Below the pieces are notes generated by a model. That model did not search any database. It was not told where the DNA came from and was given only the letters and a program-made list of their open reading frames with translations. The position numbers were made by a program, and so were the translations under genes. From Faecalibaculum rodentium (GTDB lineage: Bacteria; Bacillota_I; Bacilli_A; Erysipelotrichales; Erysipelotrichaceae), in contig NZ_CP011391.1 of assembly GCF_001564455.1 (NCBI RefSeq), positions 480,001-512,000 of the forward strand: DNA of 32,000 bases, given 5' to 3'. Shown piece after piece: positions 16,849 through 23,465 of the stretch; within the stretch, counting starts at the first letter, position 1, and each line of letters opens with the position of its first letter.

Positions 16849-17538
16849 ATGAATCCGAATCATTCCGATATTCTGGTCATTGAAGACGACAAACAGATCC
16901 AGATCTTCCTGAAATATGTATTGGAAAAAGAACACTATGCCTGCCAGCAGGCTGAAACCGGTGAGCAGGCACTGACGAGGCTGGAAGACAGACCGGCGGA
17001 TGTGATCCTTCTGGATCTGGGACTGCCGGATATTGATGGAATGGATCTCATCACAAAGATCCGGTCCCGGTCGGATACCACCCCGATTCTGGTGATTTCC
17101 GCCCGGGACCAGGATGAGGAAAAAGCCGCTGCCCTGGACCTGGGGGCGGATGACTACCTCACCAAACCGTTTTCCTCCACAGAACTGCTGGCCAGGATCC
17201 GGACGGCTCTGCGGCATTGTCCGGCAGCAGGTAAGCCGGCGGGGAAAGTCGGTGGGCTGACACTGGACCGCAATCAGCACAGGGCACTTCTTGGCGGCCG
17301 TGAGATCCACCTGACGCCTCTGGAATACAAACTGCTGGAAACCTTCTTCGAGTCCCCCGGAAAAGTGCTCACGACTCAAATGATCATTCAATCCGTCTAC
17401 GGCATCCAGTATGCGCAGGATACCAGAGCCCTGCGGACGCTCATGGCCGGCCTGAGGCGAAAGATTGAGCCTGATCCTGGCCATCCGCGGTATATCATGA
17501 CAGAAATTGGTGTCGGATACCGCCTGGCGGATGCCTGA
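16849..17538 (+). CDS. OmpR/PhoB-family response regulator, KdpE-like, 229 aa
   Basis: The receiver domain (ILVIEDD...LLDLGLPDIDG...SARD...KPF) is followed by a winged-helix C-terminus (LTPLEYKLLE...GVGYRL). Confidence 0.9.
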   Translation: MNPNHSDILVIEDDKQIQIFLKYVLEKEHYACQQAETGEQALTRLEDRPADVILLDLGLPDIDGMDLITKIRSRSDTTPILVISARDQDEEKAAALDLGADDYLTKPFSSTELLARIRTALRHCPAAGKPAGKVGGLTLDRNQHRALLGGREIHLTPLEYKLLETFFESPGKVLTTQMIIQSVYGIQYAQDTRALRTLMAGLRRKIEPDPGHPRYIMTEIGVGYRLADA

Positions 17539-17675
17539 GACCAGGCAGTATTGTCCAGTGGCACCGGTTTCCGTGTTTGACGACAGACCCTGCCAGCTTT
17601 GACAACACAACCGTCAGGCGGAAGACCGGCCTGGCGGGCTTTTTTGTGTTACAGTACAACACTGGAGGTTTTTCA

Positions 17676-19004
17676 ATGCATAAAATGGAGTCCATGGACA
17701 TCCGCCATCTGGTGGTTTCGATGTCCGTTCCCATAGCCCTGAGCATGCTGATGTCGGCTCTGTACAACATCATCGACAGCATGTTCGTCGCCGGGTATTC
17801 TCAGGAAGCCCTGCTGTCTGTCAGCCTGTGCTATCCCATCCAGACGCTGATGATTGCCATAGCCTGCGGAATCGGTGTGGGATTCAATACTGTCCTGGCG
17901 CGGTATCTCGGGGAACAGAAACCGGAGATGGCCAGTCAGTCCGTCCTCAATGGCATGCTGCTGGCGCTGATCAGCTGGCTGCTGTTCCTGGCCTTCGGGT
18001 TCCTGGGCTCCCGGTGGTTTCTCGGCCTCTTCACCCGGGAAGCGGAGGTCATTGCCCAGGGCGATGCTTACCTGATGATCTGCTGCGGGTTCTCCTTCGC
18101 GATTTTCTTCCAGATCACCTTTGAACGCATCATGCAGGCGACAGGCCGGCCGATGTACAATCTCGCGATCCAGGGAACCGGGGCGCTGATCAACCTCATC
18201 CTGGACCCGGTCTTCATCTTCACTTTCCATCTCGGAGTCGCCGGAGCGGCAATCGCAACGGTGATCGGCCAGGTCACCGCGATGGGCCTTGGCATCTGGA
18301 TCACCCGCAGAAAAGTGCCGGAAATCCACATGGATATCCGGAAATTCCGGTGGGATGGGCCGCTTATGCTGCGGATCCTGCAGATTGGCATTCCCGCCAT
18401 GGTCATGCAGGCTGTCATGAGTTTCATGTCGGTGTTCATGAACTGGATCCTGATGCCGTTTTCCGCCATGGCCGTCTCGGTCTTCAGTGTGTACATCAAG
18501 CTCCAGCAGTTTGTGTTCATGATCGTCATGGGCCTCACCAATGCCCTGATTCCCATCGTGTCCTTCAACTTCGGCGCCAAACGCAAAGACCGGATATTCC
18601 CGGCAGTCCGGTTCTCGCTGATGATGGCCACGGCAATCATGCTGGCAGGAACCATCCTGTTTCAGCTGATCCCCGGGCCGCTGCTGGCGTTGTTCAACGC
18701 CAATCAGGACATGTATGCCATTGGCATTCCGTGTCTGCGCATCATTTCCCTCAGTTTTGTCTTTGCGGGTGTGTCCATGATCCTGTGTTCTGCCTTCCAG
18801 GCCCTGGGTCATCCCGGGATGAGTCTTGGCATCACCCTGCTTCGGCAGCTGGTATTGCTGATACCGATGACCGCGATCCTGGCTCATCTGTATGGACTGG
18901 ATGCGGGATGGAGTTCGTTTGTGGTTACGGAAGTGATCTGCGCGATTCTCTCGATCCTGGAATGGGGCAAAGTGAAAAAGCAGGTGAATCTCCAGCTGGC
19001 ATAG
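17676..19004 (+). CDS. MATE-family efflux transporter, 442 aa
   Basis: Twelve hydrophobic segments and a MATE-typical N-terminus (LVVSMSVPIALSMLMSALYNIIDSMFVAG). GGAGG lies upstream of the ATG at 17676. Confidence 0.9.
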   Translation: MHKMESMDIRHLVVSMSVPIALSMLMSALYNIIDSMFVAGYSQEALLSVSLCYPIQTLMIAIACGIGVGFNTVLARYLGEQKPEMASQSVLNGMLLALISWLLFLAFGFLGSRWFLGLFTREAEVIAQGDAYLMICCGFSFAIFFQITFERIMQATGRPMYNLAIQGTGALINLILDPVFIFTFHLGVAGAAIATVIGQVTAMGLGIWITRRKVPEIHMDIRKFRWDGPLMLRILQIGIPAMVMQAVMSFMSVFMNWILMPFSAMAVSVFSVYIKLQQFVFMIVMGLTNALIPIVSFNFGAKRKDRIFPAVRFSLMMATAIMLAGTILFQLIPGPLLALFNANQDMYAIGIPCLRIISLSFVFAGVSMILCSAFQALGHPGMSLGITLLRQLVLLIPMTAILAHLYGLDAGWSSFVVTEVICAILSILEWGKVKKQVNLQLA

Positions 19005-19033
19005 CTGGGCAGGCTATTGATGATGAGCACGAG

Positions 19034-19061
19034 AAAAGGCGCCTGGGGATGGCGCCTTTTG
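19034..19061. terminator. Bidirectional terminator hairpin, copy 1 of a 28-bp direct repeat
   Basis: AAAAGGCGCC-TGGGGAT-GGCGCCTTTTG, 30 nt after the MATE stop and 3 nt before the higA-like stop. Confidence 0.8.
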
Positions 19062-19063
19062 CG

Positions 19064-19339
19064 TTATTCAAAAGTTATTTTCATGCTTTTTCCCAACGCA
19101 CTTGCGATTTTGGAAATAGTTGCCAGACTGGTGTTTTTTTCGCGTTCGACCCTTGCAATCGTAGACTGTGGAACTCCAGCCCGGTCGGATAGTTGTCTTT
19201 GGCTGAGTCCAGCCTGGTGCCTTGCTTCCGAGATAGCCAGAGCACTATCCAAAATGGCTTTTTCTTCAATGAACTGTTGATGAAATTCTGGGTCTTTTAA
19301 CTGATTCGCAAAATATTCGTTGAAATTAATGGTTGGCAT
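19064..19339 (-). CDS. HigA-like XRE-family antitoxin, 91 aa
   Basis: HTH_3 core LSQRQLSDRAGVPQSTIARVEREKNTSLATISKIASALG. It overlaps the 3' end of the upstream toxin ORF by 14 nt. The toxin-first order is typical of HigBA. Confidence 0.8.
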   Translation of the reverse strand: MPTINFNEYFANQLKDPEFHQQFIEEKAILDSALAISEARHQAGLSQRQLSDRAGVPQSTIARVEREKNTSLATISKIASALGKSMKITFE

Positions 19340-19693
19340 GTTTTACCTCTTCTTCAAATTCTTTCTTTATGGTTTTGGCTCTTTGTATTTCTGATTTTGG
19401 AGTTTTTTGAGTTTTCTTTGTAAATCCGTGCGTTATAACGTAGCGATTATTGCTTACATGAAAATATAGTGCCCGCTGATTATTTGAACTTATTTTAGAG
19501 CGTATTTCAAAGATATCACTATCTATTTTTTTACCCATTCCATCTGCAAAGAAATCTGTATTCTGTGTTCCTGAACCTGATATATCATGGTCAGCAGTTT
19601 TGCCTTGTCCTTTAAGGGTAATTGATCAATAAATTCCAGAAATTTGTTATGGCCATTCGGCCGAGTATAGAACACGAAAACAGGATGATTCAT
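19326..19693 (-). pseudogene. HigB / phage Gp49-like RelE-ParE superfamily toxin, frame broken at an A7 run (plus-strand T7 at 19526-19532)
   Basis: The N-terminal part MNHPVFVFYTRPNGHNKFLEFIDQLPLKDKAKLLTMIYQVQEH...EWVKK stops at the run. The C-terminal part (K)IDSDIFEIRSK...RALYFHVSNNRYVITHGFTKKTQKTPKSEIQRA continues in another frame. One extra A gives a contiguous 122-aa protein. Confidence 0.75.
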
Positions 19694-19730
19694 GATGACC
19701 ACAGTATAATATCAAACCTTATACGTGACC

Positions 19731-19749
19731 ATTATATGCTGTCAGACAG
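19731..19749 (-). promoter_or_regulatory. Candidate TA promoter -10 TATAAT (19736-19731) with an adjacent perfect palindrome CTGTC-A-GACAG (19739-19749), a possible HigA operator
   Basis: Read directly on the minus strand, about 40 nt upstream of the toxin ATG at 19693. Confidence 0.35.
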
Positions 19750-19801
19750 TTAAGCTTAATACTTCCAGTAGCTTGAAAAATGCCAGTCAGTATGAACCAG
19801 C

Positions 19802-19829
19802 AAAAGGCGCCAGGGGATGGCGCCTTTTG
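19802..19829. terminator. Bidirectional terminator hairpin, copy 2 of the 28-bp direct repeat
   Basis: AAAAGGCGCC-AGGGGAT-GGCGCCTTTTG is identical to 19034-19061 except for one loop base. It lies 23 nt after the stop of the ARH fragment. Confidence 0.8.
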
Positions 19830-19851
19830 TATATGACTTATACACAAACGG

Positions 19852-20358
19852 TTACACTTCCACCTTAGCGGGGAACCGCTGCTCAAACTCTTTCAGGATG
19901 CCCGAAAGGCGGTCATCCAGGAATTCCTCCGCCCTATTCCGGATATCCTCCGGTACCCCATAATAGGCCTCCGCAATAGATCCTGTAATGGCAGCCAGCG
20001 TATCGCTGTCTCCGCCCACTGAGATGGCATTGCGGATCGCATCCTCAAAATCCGTGGATTCGAAGAATGCCTCCATGGCCTGGGGGACTGTATCCTGACA
20101 CGTTTCGTTGAACCGATAGGTCTCCCGGATCTCATCCAGCGTGAAGTCGATCGGGTAATAGTTCTCCGTGATGTACTTCCGGATTTCGTCCTTCGTTTTG
20201 CCGGTCCGTGCCAGATACACTGCCACGGCCGTGGCTTGGGCTCCCTTCAGGCCCTCCGGGTGGTTGTGCGTGACCTCCGTCACGGCTTTGGACAGAGCCT
20301 TCACTTTCTCCAGGGAATTGGCCACATAGCCGCATCCGCTGACACGCATGGCAGCCAT
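19852..20358 (-). pseudogene. ADP-ribosylglycohydrolase-family gene, 3' fragment only (about 168 codons; the N-terminal third is missing)
   Basis: AAMRVSG...VTHNHPEGLKGAQATAVAVYLAR...FNETCQDTVPQAMEAFFESTDFEDAIRNAISVGGDSDTLAAITGSIAEAYYG matches the central and C-terminal ARH motifs. No ARH N-terminus lies upstream. GC content is host-like. Confidence 0.8.
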
Positions 20359-20923
20359 TCAGACGTTTTTCCAGAGAGGAGAGAATCATGTTGTATGCTC
20401 TCAGAAGATTGTTGACCTTGCCTTTTCCTGCGTACTTCGGACCATGATATATGATTTTTTTCAAATCTTCGGAATTTATGGCAGGCTTGAGAATATGGCT
20501 GATGAATTCATCCTCCAGGTCGCCCTTCTGCTGCAGCCGAAAGGGATGCCATTTCGACCCGTCACCAATCAGTTCATTCTTGATGATATACCTGACTTCA
20601 TTTGCTTCTTCGTTGTTCTTGTGACGGGCAAGCATATCTCTGAGGACTGCCAGAAAGATTGTCGATGTAGTCAGCCGCTGCTGACCGTCAATGATTTCTT
20701 CCACTTTTCTTCCGTCGCTTTCTCGGGTATTCGTGATCACCGGTCCAAAAAAGTAGCGGGAAGAATCTTCTTTTGTGTCGGCTTCTTCATAAAGGTCTTC
20801 CATAAAATCATTGATCTGGTCGGCACCCCACTCATAGCTTCTCTGGTAAGTCGGGATGATTGCATCAAGGGAATTCAGATATTCCCGGATTGTTTTGTCG
20901 CTTGTTTTGACTTGAAGGCTCAT
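20132..20923 (-). pseudogene. DUF262 (GmrSD N-terminal, ParB-like nuclease superfamily) gene, 5' fragment reading out of frame into the ARH fragment
   Basis: IPTYQRSYEWGADQINDFMEDL and IIDGQQRLTTSTIFLAVL are the DUF262 signatures. Family-like sequence ends near ...NMILSSLEKRLNG (about 20355), and the last ~68 codons are ARH DNA in the wrong frame. There is no DUF1524 domain. Confidence 0.75.
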
Positions 20924-21029
20924 TGTAGTACCTTCTGATTCTTAATCAATTGTATTAGACCACAATCCTGTCACCAGATCAAAACCTGGTATAAGCGGAA
21001 GCACTTGAAATCCGGTAAACGGTCTGGAA

Positions 21030-21058
21030 TTGCTTCATGACGATACAGCCAATAAAAT
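21030..21058 (+). promoter_or_regulatory. Sigma-A-type promoter TTGCTT-17 nt-TAAAAT for the MazG-like/DUF2075 operon
   Basis: TTGCTT at 21030-21035 and TAAAAT at 21053-21058. The RBS AAAGAGGAAG (21071-21080) precedes the ATG at 21084. Confidence 0.5.
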
Positions 21059-21083
21059 ATAGAAAACGGAAAGAGGAAGATTT

Positions 21084-21410
21084 ATGGATTCGGTTAAACA
21101 GGCACAGGAGATTTTAAAACAGATACGGGATGAAAGGGAATGGAAGCAGTTTCACACTCCAGCCAATCTTGCAAAATCTATTTGTATAGAAAGTGCGGAG
21201 CTTCTCGAGTGTTTCCAGTGGAGCAACGATGTTTTTGACCTGCAGGATGTCAAGGAGGAGCTGGCTGATGTATTCAGCTATTGTCTGCTTCTGGCAGATA
21301 CCCTGGATCTTGACCCCATGGACATAGTCATGGAAAAAGCCGGTAAGACCAGAAAAAAGTATCCGGTTGAAAAAGCGAAGGGTAAGAGTACGAAATATGA
21401 CAAGCTCTGA
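21084..21410 (+). CDS. MazG-like all-alpha NTP pyrophosphohydrolase of the RS21-C6/DCTPP1-like type, 108 aa
   Basis: REWKQFHTPANLAKSICIESAELLECFQW...VKEELADVFSYCLLLADTLDLDPMDIVMEKAGKTRKKYP. Both acidic metal-binding motifs (ExxE, ExxD) are intact. Confidence 0.8.
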   Translation: MDSVKQAQEILKQIRDEREWKQFHTPANLAKSICIESAELLECFQWSNDVFDLQDVKEELADVFSYCLLLADTLDLDPMDIVMEKAGKTRKKYPVEKAKGKSTKYDKL

Positions 21411-23163
21411 TATACCCGGTGAAAGAGCTCAGCTCATTGACTTTCCCTTTGACTCAAAACTGCCGACAGTCCTTGAAGATCAGTCTTTTGGGGTCAACTG
21501 GCCGGTAGTCTACATCCTGAACAGTGAAAAGGAAGCGTATATTGGTGAGACTTCGAACGCTTCCCAGCGCATGTCAGAGCATCTGAAAAACTGTGAACGG
21601 ACTAGGCTGACCACTTCCACGATTGTGTATGATTCATCTTTCAACAAGTCTGTGATTCTTGATCTGGAATCTACATTGATTCTGTACATGACCACGGATG
21701 GAAGATATGAACTGCAGAATCGAAATGCAGGACAAAGCCAGGCCCACAACTACTATCAGAGAGCGGCTTATCAGACCAGGTTTAACCAGATCTGGCAGGA
21801 TCTGATTGATCACCAGATGGCGCGGAAATCTCTGGAGGAAATTCAGAACTCAAACCTGTTCAAGTTCTCTCCATATAAAACACTGACTGTGGACCAGTAC
21901 CGAGTCTGTATGGATGTCATTTCCATTATTTTAAAAAAGAATGCCGAACAGGCAGGTCTGACGACATATCAGCAGTTTGAGGTCCCTTCAGACCCAATAT
22001 TCGTAAAAGGTTCAGCCGGAACAGGAAAAACGGTACTGGCAGTTTATCTTGTAAAGGCATTTTCAGAGCTGGCTCATTATTCAAAAGAGGATATTCTTTC
22101 CCTTTCCGATCGTTTCTCCTGGCTGACAGAAGATGAAACACTGCTTGAAGAGGCTGCAAAGCTGTCCCCGGGATTCAAAATCGGCCTGGTCATTCCTGTT
22201 ACCTCCATGCAGAAGACGCTGAAAAATGTATTCAGGGAACTGAAGATGGCTTCAGTCAAAGTTGTCTCTCCGCAGGACGCTGCAAAGGAAAAATGGGATC
22301 TTCTCATTGTTGATGAAGCACATCGGCTGCGGCAGAGGAAGAATATCACCGGTTATAAGGCGTTTGATGATACCTGCAGACGACTGGGCCTTGACAAGCA
22401 CAAGGCATCTCAGTTGGACTGGATACTGAAATGCAGCCGATTCCAGGTGTTCCTGTATGATGTGGCACAGCATGTAATGCCTTCGGATGCGCCGGAAGAG
22501 GCTTTCAGGAAGTGGCTACATTCAGCAACCCATATTTTTTCCCTTTCATCTCAAATGCGATGCTGGGGTGGTGAAGATTATCTGAACTATGTAAAGAAAA
22601 TATTCAGTGACTGCCCACCCGAAACAAGGCTGTCATTCTCAGATGAATATACTTTTTCGATTTATGAATCCGCTGCTCATCTGCAGGCTGAGATAGTCAG
22701 TCTGAACCAGGTATGGGGTCTGTGTCGGATGGTTGCCGGCTACGGCTGGGACTGGATCACAAGAAAAGAGAAAAGTATACATACAGATCCTGAACTGTTT
22801 GATTTTGAACTGGACGGACATCGATTCATCTGGAATTCTGTACAAAGTGACTGGGTCAACAGCGAACATGCTTTGGATGAAGTTGGCTGTATCCACACTA
22901 TTCAGGGATACGATCTGAACTATGTCGGAGTCCTGATTGGACCGGAAGTCGTCATCAACCCACAAACGCAAAGAATTGATGTAGATCTCTCAAATTACTA
23001 TGACAAGAAGGGAAAGGCAGGAACAGACTTTGAGGAAGTCAGGGACTCCATTTTGCGGACCTATGCTGTTCTCTGCAGCCGCGGTATACGAGGAACACTG
23101 AATTATGCGGTTAATCCAGAGGTCCGGGAATACTTGAAACGATATTGCCCTGTGGTTTTATAG
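21397..23163 (+). CDS. GIY-YIG nuclease domain fused to a DUF2075 (Schlafen group III-type) P-loop helicase/ATPase, 588 aa
   Basis: GIY-YIG: VVYILNSEKEAYIGETSNASQRMSEH...LDLESTL...LQNRN. Walker A is GSAGTGKT and Walker B is LLIVDEAHRL. DUF2075-typical features are MVAGYGWDW and IHTIQGYDLNYVGVLIG. The ATG at 21397 overlaps the mazG-like 3' end by 14 nt. Confidence 0.8.
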   Translation: MTSSDIPGERAQLIDFPFDSKLPTVLEDQSFGVNWPVVYILNSEKEAYIGETSNASQRMSEHLKNCERTRLTTSTIVYDSSFNKSVILDLESTLILYMTTDGRYELQNRNAGQSQAHNYYQRAAYQTRFNQIWQDLIDHQMARKSLEEIQNSNLFKFSPYKTLTVDQYRVCMDVISIILKKNAEQAGLTTYQQFEVPSDPIFVKGSAGTGKTVLAVYLVKAFSELAHYSKEDILSLSDRFSWLTEDETLLEEAAKLSPGFKIGLVIPVTSMQKTLKNVFRELKMASVKVVSPQDAAKEKWDLLIVDEAHRLRQRKNITGYKAFDDTCRRLGLDKHKASQLDWILKCSRFQVFLYDVAQHVMPSDAPEEAFRKWLHSATHIFSLSSQMRCWGGEDYLNYVKKIFSDCPPETRLSFSDEYTFSIYESAAHLQAEIVSLNQVWGLCRMVAGYGWDWITRKEKSIHTDPELFDFELDGHRFIWNSVQSDWVNSEHALDEVGCIHTIQGYDLNYVGVLIGPEVVINPQTQRIDVDLSNYYDKKGKAGTDFEEVRDSILRTYAVLCSRGIRGTLNYAVNPEVREYLKRYCPVVL

Positions 23164-23304
23164 AATATCCTTTGCATCATGATTATTTACCAATTCTTCA
23201 ATCAGGATTTCTTACTGTCAGAAGTCATTAACTGTGGTCAGCTGGACAAAACTCGACACCATTTTACCCAGCCTCCATCCAAGCCACACATCTGTCACAC
23301 CAAA

Positions 23305-23340
23305 AACAGGCTGAAGCCCTCTTTCCGGCTTCAGCCTGTT
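23305..23340. terminator. Strong 14-bp hairpin terminator, usable on both strands
   Basis: AACAGGCTGAAGCC-N8-GGCTTCAGCCTGTT, with an A5 run before and a T-rich stretch after. Confidence 0.75.
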
Positions 23341-23380
23341 GTCTGTTTATTGAATCATCACTATCCGCCAGCAACCCTTC

Positions 23381-23388
23381 CGGTATCC
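23381..23388. repeat. Left 8-bp target-site duplication CGGTATCC of the IS66 element
   Basis: Identical octamer at 25691-25698, immediately outside the inverted repeats. Confidence 0.9.
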
Positions 23389-23413
23389 GTAAGCGACGTT
23401 AATTGCCCATATT

Positions 23414-23465
23414 AAAACAGGACTGATTCCCTGTACCATCATGGTATTGGGGACAGTCCTGTTTT
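23414..23465 (-). terminator. Hairpin terminator of tnpC inside the IS end
   Basis: The perfect 12-bp arms AAAACAGGACTG (23414-23425) and CAGTCCTGTTTT (23454-23465) abut the tnpC stop. A T run follows on the minus strand. Confidence 0.7.

Noticed and set aside
17610-17650. A possible terminator after the response-regulator gene (…GACCGGCCTGGCGGGCTTTTTTG)
   Set aside because: A T6 run is present, but I could only pair 3-5 bp with mismatches. The evidence is too weak to call from sequence alone.
15516-18887. Long antisense ORFs 15516..16850 (444 aa), 16696..17610 (304 aa) and 17673..18887 (404 aa), plus the frame-shifted sense ORF 18350..19192 (280 aa)
   Set aside because: All overlap the well-supported kinase, regulator and MATE genes. 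Their translations are Arg/Gly/His/Pro-rich with no domain signatures.
23179-23415. A 78-aa plus-strand ORF running into the IS66 left end
   Set aside because: It crosses a strong terminator hairpin and the IS inverted repeat. It has no RBS and a low-complexity translation.
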